Shown here: positions 1-7,554 of the stretch, piece by piece | Layout of the letters: each line of letters begins with the position of its first letter | Position numbering within the stretch: position 1 is the first letter of the stretch | IMG/VR virus record: IMGVR_UViG_2657245521_000006 | Source of the DNA: a virus | Taxonomy: Duplodnaviria; Heunggongvirae; Uroviricota; Caudoviricetes | Strand: one strand, 5' to 3' | Length of the DNA stretch: 18,167 nt | Program-made: the position numbers and the translations under genes | The notes under the pieces: generated by a model | The model's database searches: none | Told to the model about the DNA's origin: nothing | The model's input: the letters and a program-made list of their open reading frames with translations, nothing else

Positions 1-105
1 AATGCGCTGGCGACGGTCGTGGCCGCACCGCTGGGAAGCTATCTGGGGGCTACGGTCGGATGGCGAGGCGCTTTCTTGTGCTTCTCTGAGTTTGTCAACG
101 TCTAG
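1..105 (+). CDS. 3' end of a + strand ORF entering from upstream of the window (stop TAG 103-105); GC-rich; peptide ...PLGSYLGATVGWRGAFL resembles the TM5/TM6 junction of MFS transporters, so possibly a truncated host gene fragment
   Basis: Frame-1 translation NALATVVAAPLGSYLGATVGWRGAFLCFSEFVNV*; 1-75 is clearly GC-rich versus AT-rich 80-420; the G-x-L-G...GWR-x-x-F pattern is recalled from MFS transporters (not searched). Confidence 0.3.
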   Translation, partial: NALATVVAAPLGSYLGATVGWRGAFLCFSEFVNV

Positions 106-354
106 AGAAACTTGTTTGTTGGCAATAATTAAATCTCCGCGGTTTAATGTATTCTTGTGTTGAAAAATCAGTAAAAGCCATTCTGTATTATTGTAAAGCT
201 TTTCAAGATTGGCATGTATATCAAGTCCGAGTTTTTCATATGCGGATAATTTGACCTCTTTTTCCTTTGCAGAAAGAGAAGATGAATAAGCCAGTAATCC
301 GCTTATTATGGCAACAATAAATGTTCCTATAATGGTTAAGGTATTCGAGTCCAT
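1..354 (-). CDS. Hypothetical protein with N-terminal transmembrane helix, partial (ATG at 354-352, no stop before window edge); may read through a composition junction near 75-105
   Basis: Hand translation of minus strand: MDSNTLTIIGTFIVAIISGLLAYSSSLSAKEKEVKLSAYEKLGLDIHANLEKLYNNTEWLLLIFQHKNTLNRGDLIIANKQVSLDVDKLREAQ... open to position 1; absent from ORF track, presumably because it has no in-window stop. Confidence 0.3.
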   Translation of the reverse strand, partial: MDSNTLTIIGTFIVAIISGLLAYSSSLSAKEKEVKLSAYEKLGLDIHANLEKLYNNTEWLLLIFQHKNTLNRGDLIIANKQVSLDVDKLREAQESASPSDRSPQIASQRCGHDRRQRI

Positions 355-461
355 TGTATTCTTCAAAAGTTGGTCAAAAATATATTGTAATATTTTAATG
401 TATAAAATCAATCATTTCCCCTCATTCTGAGAGGACTCACAGCAACAAAGAGGGGGGCTAA

Positions 462-848
462 ATGTCCGATCCGATTTCCGGTTCTGGGATGGCTGGTGGT
501 GTCCTGACGGGGGCCAGCGTCTATGGATTTCTATCCGGAACCGATTACGGCGTGGTGTTTGGCGCATTTGCCGGGGCTGTATTTTACATTGCAACCGCAG
601 CGGATCTAAGTGCAGCGCGCCGACTGGCATATTTTCTGGTGTCGTATATCGCGGGGATCCTTTGTTCCGGGCTGGTGGGTTCAAAGCTGGCTCAGGCTAC
701 CGGCTACAGTGATAAACCACTGGATGCCATTGGCGCCGTAATCGTTTCTGCTTTAGCCGTCAAAATCCTGACATTCCTGAATAATCAGGATGTCGGCTCG
801 CTGGTGGCGCTGATAACGCGCCGGGGAGGTTCAGGTGGTACAAAATGA
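462..848 (+). CDS. Phage holin (multi-TM small membrane protein heading the lysis cassette)
   Basis: 128 aa with several hydrophobic helices; strong SD AGAGGGGGG before ATG 462; sits immediately upstream of the endolysin. Confidence 0.7.
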   Translation: MSDPISGSGMAGGVLTGASVYGFLSGTDYGVVFGAFAGAVFYIATAADLSAARRLAYFLVSYIAGILCSGLVGSKLAQATGYSDKPLDAIGAVIVSALAVKILTFLNNQDVGSLVALITRRGGSGGTK

Positions 849-1116
849 CCCATCGGCAACTTTTAATGCATTGCTTTGTGCTGGGGTAGTGTTAACCCTG
901 ATGTTTTACCGTCGCGGCGACTCGCGACATCGACCGTGGATATCTCGCTTAGCGTGGCTGCTTACGGTCATCTACAGCGCCGTTCCGCTGGCGTATCTGT
1001 GCGGTATTTACCCGTACTCATCATGGGCCACTATCGGGGCCAACTTTATTTTCCTGTCCGTGCTGGTCGCCGTAAGAGGCAACGTGGCACGTCTGGTTGA
1101 TCATCTGAGGCACTAA
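835..1116 (+). CDS. Holin-associated small membrane protein (second holin component or antiholin candidate), GTG start
   Basis: 93 aa with about 3 predicted TM helices; GTG at 835 preceded by GGGAGG; overlaps the holin stop and ends in TAATG overlap with the endolysin start. Confidence 0.5.
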   Translation: MVQNDPSATFNALLCAGVVLTLMFYRRGDSRHRPWISRLAWLLTVIYSAVPLAYLCGIYPYSSWATIGANFIFLSVLVAVRGNVARLVDHLRH

Positions 1117-1730
1117 TGAACCAATCACAATTTCAGCAGGCGGCTGGTATCAGCGCCGGGCTTTCTGCGCGCTGGTTTCCGCACATTGACGCGGCAATGA
1201 AAGAGTTTGGCATTACAGCTACGAACGATCTGGCTATGTTCATCGCCCAGGTTGGGCATGAGTCTGCTGGCTTTACCTCGCTGGTGGAAAGCTTCAACTA
1301 CTCGGTAGAGGGGCTGAAGAAAACCTTTGGTAAACGGCTTACTCCTTATCAGTGTGAAATGCTGGGTCGTGTCGATGGTAAGCAGGTGGCCCACCAGCCG
1401 CAAATAGCCAATCTGGTTTATGGTGACCGCATGGGGAATAACAGCCAGGGTGACGGCTGGAAATATCGCGGTCGCGGCCTGCTGCAAATCACGGGTCGTG
1501 AGAACTACACCAAATGCGGCACGGCGCTGAAACTTGACCTTATCAGTACGCCAGAATTGCTAACGCAAGAGCGACATGCGGCTCGTTCGGCTGCGTGGTA
1601 CTTCACGTTACGCGGTTGCCTGATGTATTCGGGTGACGTGGCACGCGTTACGCAGATTATTAACGGCGGACAGAACGGCATTAAAGACCGCCGTGAACGT
1701 TACGCCAAAGCTAAAGCTGCACTGGTGTGA
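1116..1730 (+). CDS. Phage endolysin, glycoside hydrolase family 19 (chitinase-like lysozyme)
   Basis: 204 aa; motif FIAQVGHESAGF...LLQITGRENY typical of GH19 phage lysins (from memory); position inside lysis cassette. Confidence 0.88.
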   Translation: MNQSQFQQAAGISAGLSARWFPHIDAAMKEFGITATNDLAMFIAQVGHESAGFTSLVESFNYSVEGLKKTFGKRLTPYQCEMLGRVDGKQVAHQPQIANLVYGDRMGNNSQGDGWKYRGRGLLQITGRENYTKCGTALKLDLISTPELLTQERHAARSAAWYFTLRGCLMYSGDVARVTQIINGGQNGIKDRRERYAKAKAALV

Positions 1731-1737
1731 GGTCAGT

Positions 1738-2007
1738 ATGGGGCTTGAAATGATTATCGGCCTGGTTGTTGCTGTGCTGGCTGCAATTGCAGGTGCTTTT
1801 GGGCTGGGCAAATCACGCGGTACCAGTATCGCTGAAACAAAAGCGGACCAACAACGCACTGAAGAACGTGCAATAGCTATTGAAGCGGTTGCAGAACGCC
1901 GGGTAGAAACAACAAAAGGAGCCAGGGATGTACAACAGACTGTTAACCATATGCCTGATGACGCTGCTGATCGCGAGCTGCGCAAAAACTGGACACGTAA
2001 GGATTGA
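1738..2007 (+). CDS. i-spanin (Rz-like inner-membrane spanin)
   Basis: ATG 1738 preceded by GAGG; N-terminal TM helix MIIGLVVAVLAAIAGAFGL then charged helical periplasmic region; o-spanin gene embedded at its 3' end. Confidence 0.7.
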   Translation: MGLEMIIGLVVAVLAAIAGAFGLGKSRGTSIAETKADQQRTEERAIAIEAVAERRVETTKGARDVQQTVNHMPDDAADRELRKNWTRKD

Positions 2008-2149
2008 GGTTATTGACACCGGCTGCGATTGGGTAAAACCCATCTACGGCACTGCTCATGATTGGGAAGTGCTGGACAGGCAGACCAAGAAAGACATTCT
2101 TATGCATAACAAAGTGTGGATGTCAAACTGTGGCTCTATAACTTATTGA
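1928..2149 (+). CDS. o-spanin (Rz1-like outer-membrane lipoprotein), overlapped architecture
   Basis: Starts inside the i-spanin in another frame with perfect SD AAGGAG 8 nt upstream; lipobox L-I-A-S-C (Cys18); extends past the i-spanin stop. Confidence 0.65.
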   Translation: MYNRLLTICLMTLLIASCAKTGHVRIEVIDTGCDWVKPIYGTAHDWEVLDRQTKKDILMHNKVWMSNCGSITY

Positions 2150-2799
2150 TTTTGTTTTTTGTTGTCTACCATATCAGGCAATGTGAAGGCATATAGAAGA
2201 AATACTTCGGTGAAACCAATCATTTCTTGAGCATCTTCTTTTGAAAATTCTTCATCAGAATGAACTGCTCCATTGGAATCGATTCGAACTATATGTGCCC
2301 ATTCCCTCATTTGATCTGTAATCAGTCCCTTAGCATGCAACATAGAAATCCGTTTAACCAATTTTTCATCTTTTGAGTCATTTCCCAGTAACTCCCGTGT
2401 AGCAATGTCCAAGACTTTACGGCAAAGCATAACGGATGTGTCGAAACGACAGCGCCCTAAGTTGTCTTTTGCTTCTATGAAAGCCATAGCAGCACGTGGC
2501 GGAGTGTGTTCGGGGGCGTTAAGGAGGGTGGGTTTCGGGATGATATCAATCAACTGGTACTCAGTATTTCCAGGAATGATTACGTTTACATCATTATTTT
2601 GCCTAGATTTTGCACGAGGTAAATAACCACCGGGATTATTCATTTTTACAATAGCAATACCTGATTGAAAACAGCTTCGACAACAAAATGCAATATTAAC
2701 TAAAGGCCCGGCGTTGATACGCAGTTCTGCCCATCCTTCAAGGACAGCATTTTCCCTCAGACAATGTGGGCAAGTGATATCGAAAGTGAGAATTCCCAT
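2143..2799 (-). CDS. Zinc-ribbon plus DUF4145-like helical domain protein (about 218 aa); candidate defence/abortive-infection-type cargo
   Basis: Minus ORF; start taken at ATG 2799-2797 with GGAG 7 nt upstream (MGILTFDITCPHC...); N-terminal CxxC...CCxxC; C-terminal ...HIVRIDSNGAVHSDEEFSKEDAQEMIGFTEVFLLYAF matches my memory of the DUF4145 signature; AT-rich codon usage unlike phage core genes. Confidence 0.7.
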   Translation of the reverse strand: MGILTFDITCPHCLRENAVLEGWAELRINAGPLVNIAFCCRSCFQSGIAIVKMNNPGGYLPRAKSRQNNDVNVIIPGNTEYQLIDIIPKPTLLNAPEHTPPRAAMAFIEAKDNLGRCRFDTSVMLCRKVLDIATRELLGNDSKDEKLVKRISMLHAKGLITDQMREWAHIVRIDSNGAVHSDEEFSKEDAQEMIGFTEVFLLYAFTLPDMVDNKKQNQ

Positions 2800-3479
2800 G
2801 ACTCTACTCCATACATTAAAAGAAATTGAAAATGAATTACACAATGCACAACGACCTGAGTCTACACTCCTTCAACGATATGAAGTATCGAATGAGATTA
2901 AAAAAAAGGAGTTTGTAGTCGCTTTGATCGGTAAACTGATAGAATTGGACCGCCGTCTCTATGTCACATCATTGAAGCCTTAGTTTCAATTTTACCGATT
3001 TATCGCTTAAGGGGTAGGACTTCAACACTACTAAGTGAGCATTGCAGCAGGCATTCAGGGGAATGCTGTGACAGTAGTTAGCTAGGGTAAACCGTTTGCG
3101 CCTGGGGATTTTACTTTGCGACGGAAAATTAAAAAACTATATGATTTCTTATCCCACTAGGATGTCTGCGGACTACTACTGACTGTTTAGGCTATTACGA
3201 GGGGCTCAAACTCAACGTCTGGCATCAACGCAGAACTGAAAAAGTCGCCATGAATGTGGTTACGGTATTTGGTGGGATATAAACGTACCTTCATTTCTAA
3301 GCTTGATAATCACCTTTGTCCGAATTGCCTACGCGATAGTCATGTAGTTTTAGTCATAACCGTTTACCCTATTGATGTCAAGATAAATTGGATAACACTG
3401 ATGAATCGAACCTCTAAATCCTTTGATGGGCCACTCATAGCTGACTGGTTCAAAAAAGTGTTATCAATGGTATGATAAG

Positions 3480-3509
3480 TTGAGATGAAAGGTGTAAATG
3501 AACTATAAT
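3480..3509 (+). promoter_or_regulatory. Candidate sigma70 promoter for the two-gene cargo operon (-35 TTGAGA, 18-nt spacer, -10 TATAAT)
   Basis: TTGAGA at 3480-3485 and TATAAT at 3504-3509, about 35 nt upstream of ATG 3545. Confidence 0.4.
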
Positions 3510-3544
3510 AATTCAACAGTTAATCTGAGAAAAATGGATTATGT

Positions 3545-3814
3545 ATGTCGAATGTAAAAAAAATAGATGCTATAGTTCAAAATTTATTTGAATTCAGAGA
3601 TGCTACAGGTGAACTTACGGATAAAAATATTGTTTTAATACAAAAAATCATAACGAACTTACCTGACTATGCTGGTAAGGATCCATATGAATTTTATTCA
3701 TCATTTTCTGAAGATATTAATGAGTCGCTCAAAGCAATTGCCAATTATCATAAGGCACATGCTAAATACATTAATGCCCTCGATAAATTAGCAGAGCTTA
3801 GGTCGGAGGGGTAA
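3545..3814 (+). CDS. Hypothetical small acidic helical protein (89 aa), first gene of the cargo operon
   Basis: ORF in very AT-rich DNA; followed 2 nt later by the coupled second gene; no family recognised. Confidence 0.6.
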   Translation: MSNVKKIDAIVQNLFEFRDATGELTDKNIVLIQKIITNLPDYAGKDPYEFYSSFSEDINESLKAIANYHKAHAKYINALDKLAELRSEG

Positions 3815-3816
3815 TA

Positions 3817-4194
3817 ATGGCTACGGAAGATATTCAGGCTTTGTTATCTAAAGTTAATGCGTTAAGATTTGAAGATAAAAGAATAGAGAAGGAAACAGGA
3901 GAGATTGAAAATGAAATTCAGGCTCAATTTCTTCGTGATGGTAAAACAAGGAGTACATTAACCATAACATTTATGAGAGGCTTTTTTGGTCTTATCGTTT
4001 TTTCTTTTATATTTGTGATAGTTTATAACTATTGCGCAGTGCAATGGGTACTTCAATTACAAAGCAAAGGGCTCATGGAGGCTTCTAAAAGTATCGCACT
4101 ACTTGAGTTAGATAAGGTGTTATCTATTATGGTTAGTGCGTTAGGAACATCTCTTGGGTTTATAATTGGCTATTATTTTAAAGACAAAAAATAA
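3817..4194 (+). CDS. Hypothetical membrane protein (125 aa; cytoplasmic coiled N-terminus plus two predicted TM helices), second gene of the cargo operon
   Basis: Strong SD GGAGGGG before ATG 3817; hydrophobic segments LTITFMRGFFGLIVFSFIFVIVY and VLSIMVSALGTSLGFIIGYYF; terminator downstream. Confidence 0.65.
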   Translation: MATEDIQALLSKVNALRFEDKRIEKETGEIENEIQAQFLRDGKTRSTLTITFMRGFFGLIVFSFIFVIVYNYCAVQWVLQLQSKGLMEASKSIALLELDKVLSIMVSALGTSLGFIIGYYFKDKK

Positions 4195-4269
4195 ATAATT
4201 TAATTTTACATTGCTATTTATGTTTTGCTTTTAAGATTTTTAACTTTCTAGATGTAGAGTTATTGTTAA

Positions 4270-4297
4270 AGCACTGGTATTTGCCAGTGCTTTTTTA
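4270..4297 (+). terminator. Rho-independent terminator closing the cargo operon
   Basis: Stem AGCACTGG / CCAGTGCT with loop TATTTG, followed by TTTTTT. Confidence 0.55.
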
Positions 4298-4695
4298 TTA
4301 AAATCCGCGGATTAATGACGGCAATCATGAATACTCCTCCAAAGACTGATCCAACGATACGGGTGTATAAGTCACACTTGTTTAATCTGTGATTGATGGC
4401 ACTATAATTTATGTTGCACAACATAAACTGCCGATGGAGGGAATTGAGTGCTGAGCATGTCAGACATAAGTGTGTTGTCGAAGGTCTCCTCAGGCATGGT
4501 TTCTGCATAACGTCGACACTTGAAAGCCTCCATAATGACAATAAAGTATAAGTATTATCATTATTAATTGTCACTTGCCGTTGCGACATGCTTGGGCGGC
4601 GACCGCCTAAGTTCTCTTTATAAATGAGAAGTTCCCGCTAGCGACCGTTTCTGATTCCTTTTTTTCTACTAAGTTTGTATCAAATAAACAGGATA

Positions 4696-5064
4696 ATGCC
4701 GATGCCAGCACGAGCAAAGCGTCCATGCCGGCACAAGGGCTGTGCGGCAGTTACCAACGATGCCAGTGGCTATTGTGATCAACACCGACAGCGGCATGCT
4801 GGTGATGGCTGGCGTAACTACCAGGCAGGAAAGAGCAGGCAGGAACGTGGATATGGGCGGACCTGGGAAATTAAACGGGTGCGTATCCTTCAGCGTGATA
4901 AGTACCTGTGTCAGAACCATCGCCGGCAGAAGATTGCAAAAAAGGCGACCAGCGTTGACCACATCATTCCAAAAGCTCATGGCGGTACTGATGACGATTT
5001 CAATCTTGAGTCGTTGTGCTGGGACTGCCACAGAGCGAAGACGGCAAGAGAGCGTATCCGATGA
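4696..5064 (+). CDS. HNH endonuclease, phage packaging-associated (HK97 gp74-like position)
   Basis: C-terminal HNH motif ...DHIIPKAHGGTDDDFNLESLCWDCHRAK; Cys/His-rich N-terminus; just upstream of terminase genes; start ambiguous between ATG 4696 and 4702 (SD AGGA at 4689-4692 favours 4702). Confidence 0.85.
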   Translation: MPMPARAKRPCRHKGCAAVTNDASGYCDQHRQRHAGDGWRNYQAGKSRQERGYGRTWEIKRVRILQRDKYLCQNHRRQKIAKKATSVDHIIPKAHGGTDDDFNLESLCWDCHRAKTARERIR

Positions 5065-5398
5065 GTTAGACCCATTGCACATATTTTGGTTCACGGCTCT
5101 ATACAATAGCTAACTGCCCAAAATAATGGGGTGGTTCATCGCGCCGCGCCAACCTGCACTGCAGCTATTGTGGGCAGTCAGGGCATAACTCTAGTGCCTG
5201 TCCACATAATGAGAGCTGCGGTCGTCGGCGCAGCCTGAATGATGACTTCCATCTTGATTGATGCCCACACAGGCCAGGGGAAGGGGGGATCAAATCCCTG
5301 ACCCCTTTCGCCTTCCAGGACTGCCGCCTGAAGGACATTTTTGCACGTCATAAATAAGGATCTTTTTTCCGGTAGGTTTCACCTATTAAAGAGGAGTT

Positions 5399-5833
5399 AT
5401 GGCTGGTGGAATTCGATCGTCTGGAGGGGGGAGAAAACCCATCTTACCCGCCGGACAAAAAAGTAAATTAACCCGAATTGCACCTCCTGCAGAGTTAATG
5501 GGGGAGGCTGCAATAAGACTGTGGAAAACCCAAAGTAAAATTCTGATCGAAAGAGGCGTGTTTGAACTGGAGGATGCGCCCCTGCTTGTGGCTTACTGCA
5601 ATGCCTTCCATTTAATGCTTGAAGCTGAAAAATTGCTCTCGTCAAGCCTGACGACCGAAAGTGAAATGGGGGGATTAAAGAAACATCCCGCCGTTAACAT
5701 CAGAAATGATTCAGTTTCCCAGATAGCCCGTCTTGGTTCGCTTCTGGGGTTGGATCCGCTCAGCCGAATTCGGATGCGTGGCGGTGGAAATGATCCTGAC
5801 GACGACGGGAATGAATTTGATGAGTTTGACTGA
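5399..5833 (+). CDS. Terminase small subunit (P27-family-like)
   Basis: 144 aa; SD AGAGGAG before ATG; 1-nt TGATG overlap with the large terminase; acidic C-terminal tail. Confidence 0.8.
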   Translation: MAGGIRSSGGGRKPILPAGQKSKLTRIAPPAELMGEAAIRLWKTQSKILIERGVFELEDAPLLVAYCNAFHLMLEAEKLLSSSLTTESEMGGLKKHPAVNIRNDSVSQIARLGSLLGLDPLSRIRMRGGGNDPDDDGNEFDEFD

Positions 5834-7554
5834 TGGCTACATATCCGAACGTCAATGCAGCGAACCAGTATGCAAGAGATGTTGTTGGCGGGAAGATCCT
5901 TGCTTGTCAGTTAACTGTGCTTGCCTGTCAAAGACACCTTGATGATTTGGAACGTGCGAAGGATCCTGCCTGGCCTTACCGGTTTGATAAAAACAAGGCC
6001 GAGCGATTTTTGCGCTTTGCTCAGAAGATGCCTCATACGGCCGGTGAATGGGCCAGGAAGAAACTACGAATAGAATTTGAGCCCTGGCAAAAGTTTGCCC
6101 TTGGTGTGCCATTTGGATGGGTTAATAAGAAGTCCGGATTCCGGCGTTTTTCTGAAATATATATTGAGGTGCCCAGGAAAAATGGGAAATCCGCAATTGC
6201 AGCTGCCGTTGGTAATTATATGTTTTGCGCCGATGGTGAACATGGTGCAGAAGTGTACTGTGGCGCCACTACTGAAAAACAAGCCTGGAAAGTCTTCTCT
6301 CCCGCTCTACAAATGGTAAAAAAACTCCCGGCATTGCGACAAAAATACTCAGTCAAACCCTGGGCGAAGAAAATGACCCGTCCGGATGGCTCTGTTTTTG
6401 CGCCAGTCATCGGCGATCCTGGTGACGGCGATTCCCCTTCATGTGCAATTATTGATGAATATCACGAGCATCAGACTGATGCACTTTATACAACGATGAC
6501 TACCGGGATGGGGGCAAGGGAGCAGCCTGTTACTCTGATTATTACTACAGCGGGTTATGACATTACTTCGCCCTGTTACGAGAAGCGTGTGCAGATAGTG
6601 GAAATTCTCCGCCGTAACCGGACAGGAGAAGAAAACGAGACAATATTTGGCATTATATACGGTCTGGATGACGATGATGACTGGACCAGGCCCGAAGCGC
6701 TGATTAAAGCAAATCCCAACTTTGGTGTTTCTGTTAAAGAGCATTTTCTTCGGGCGAAGCAGTTACTGGGAATATCCAATCCCAGCCAGACTAACAAAAT
6801 TCTGACCAAGCACTTTAACCGGTGGGTAAGTGCAAAAACGGTTTTTTATGACCTGCAAAGATGGATGGCTGCTGCGGATAAAAACCTTAAATTATCTGAT
6901 TTTGTTGATGAGGATTGCTGGCTGGGTATTGATCTGGCCTCGAAAGTAGACCTGAATGCCGTAGTGCCAGTGTTCAGGAGAGAGGTTGCTGGTATAACCC
7001 ATTTTTACTGTGTGGGGCCGCTGTTCTGGGCGCCTGAAGATACAATTTATTCACCAGATCCCACGCTGAAAACCATTTCTGAACGTTACCAGTCATTTGT
7101 GAAACAGGGGGTATTGATACCTACTGAAGGGGCTGAGGTGGATTATCGGTTAATTTTTGAGTCAATTCTTCAGTTACGCCAGCAGGTTAAAATTGTCCAG
7201 TGCCCGATAGATCCTTACGGGGCAACATCATTGCGCCATCTGCTTGAAGAGGAGGGGCTGGAATCCGTTGAGATCAGGCAAAATTTTACACATATGAGTG
7301 ATCCAATGCGTGAAATTGAGGCGGCGCTGGCATCAGGACGCTTTCATCATGACGGTAACCCTATCATGAACTGGTGCATCCAGAATGTTATAGGGCGTTA
7401 CTTACCAGGAAGCGATGACATTGTTCGCCCAGGGAAGGAGAGAAAGCAAAACAAAATAGATGGCGCGGTAGGACTAATGATGGGAGTCGGGCGAGCCATG
7501 CTGAACGGAACTGTCAGTAAATCGGCTTATGATGAGGAAGATATTACATGTTGA
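5833..7554 (+). CDS. Terminase large subunit (ATPase/nuclease)
   Basis: 573 aa; P-loop-like VPRKNGKSAIAAAVGNYMF then acidic segment CAIIDEYHEH; typical length and position. Confidence 0.93.
   Translation: MATYPNVNAANQYARDVVGGKILACQLTVLACQRHLDDLERAKDPAWPYRFDKNKAERFLRFAQKMPHTAGEWARKKLRIEFEPWQKFALGVPFGWVNKKSGFRRFSEIYIEVPRKNGKSAIAAAVGNYMFCADGEHGAEVYCGATTEKQAWKVFSPALQMVKKLPALRQKYSVKPWAKKMTRPDGSVFAPVIGDPGDGDSPSCAIIDEYHEHQTDALYTTMTTGMGAREQPVTLIITTAGYDITSPCYEKRVQIVEILRRNRTGEENETIFGIIYGLDDDDDWTRPEALIKANPNFGVSVKEHFLRAKQLLGISNPSQTNKILTKHFNRWVSAKTVFYDLQRWMAAADKNLKLSDFVDEDCWLGIDLASKVDLNAVVPVFRREVAGITHFYCVGPLFWAPEDTIYSPDPTLKTISERYQSFVKQGVLIPTEGAEVDYRLIFESILQLRQQVKIVQCPIDPYGATSLRHLLEEEGLESVEIRQNFTHMSDPMREIEAALASGRFHHDGNPIMNWCIQNVIGRYLPGSDDIVRPGKERKQNKIDGAVGLMMGVGRAMLNGTVSKSAYDEEDITC

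Noticed and set aside
412-684. 90-aa minus-strand ORF overlapping the holin gene
   Set aside because: Antisense to a well-supported holin ORF, Pro/Arg-rich low-complexity translation, no RBS; typical shadow ORF
876-1487. Track ORFs 876..1100 (+) and 1125..1487 (-) overlapping the membrane protein and endolysin genes
   Set aside because: Alternative-frame or antisense shadows of confidently assigned lysis genes
1608-2043. Minus-strand ORFs 1608..1985 and 1813..2043 and the long + ORF 1633..2007
   Set aside because: Antisense to the spanin pair; for 1633..2007 the internal ATG 1738 with an SD is the more plausible i-spanin start
2405-2983. Plus-strand ORFs 2405..2626 and 2714..2983
   Set aside because: Overlap the minus-strand DUF4145-like gene in antisense; no SD; the minus-strand product has recognisable domain structure
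3380-3440. tRNA-like T-loop motif (GGTTCGATTC on minus strand)
   Set aside because: Flanking bases do not form a T-stem or acceptor stem; no cloverleaf can be drawn
3254-3475. 73-aa + ORF in the AT-rich intergenic spacer
   Set aside because: No ribosome-binding site, unremarkable composition; not excluded as a decayed gene but unsupported
4266-4589. 107-aa minus-strand ORF, including an internal GGAGGAG-ATG 20-codon segment
   Set aside because: Runs through the + strand terminator hairpin and AT-rich noncoding DNA; low-complexity translation; the strong SD-like motif is noted but a 20-aa product is unsupported
4669-5113. ORFs 4669..5106 (-) and 4742..5113 (+) overlapping the HNH gene
   Set aside because: The HNH frame carries the diagnostic motif; the others are shadows
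5397-6810. Minus-strand and alternative-frame ORFs inside the terminase genes (5397..5645, 5733..5942, 5852..6112, 6064..6282, 6077..6319, 6216..6410, 6439..6744, 6576..6809)
   Set aside because: All lie within the terminase coding frames and lack starts with an RBS
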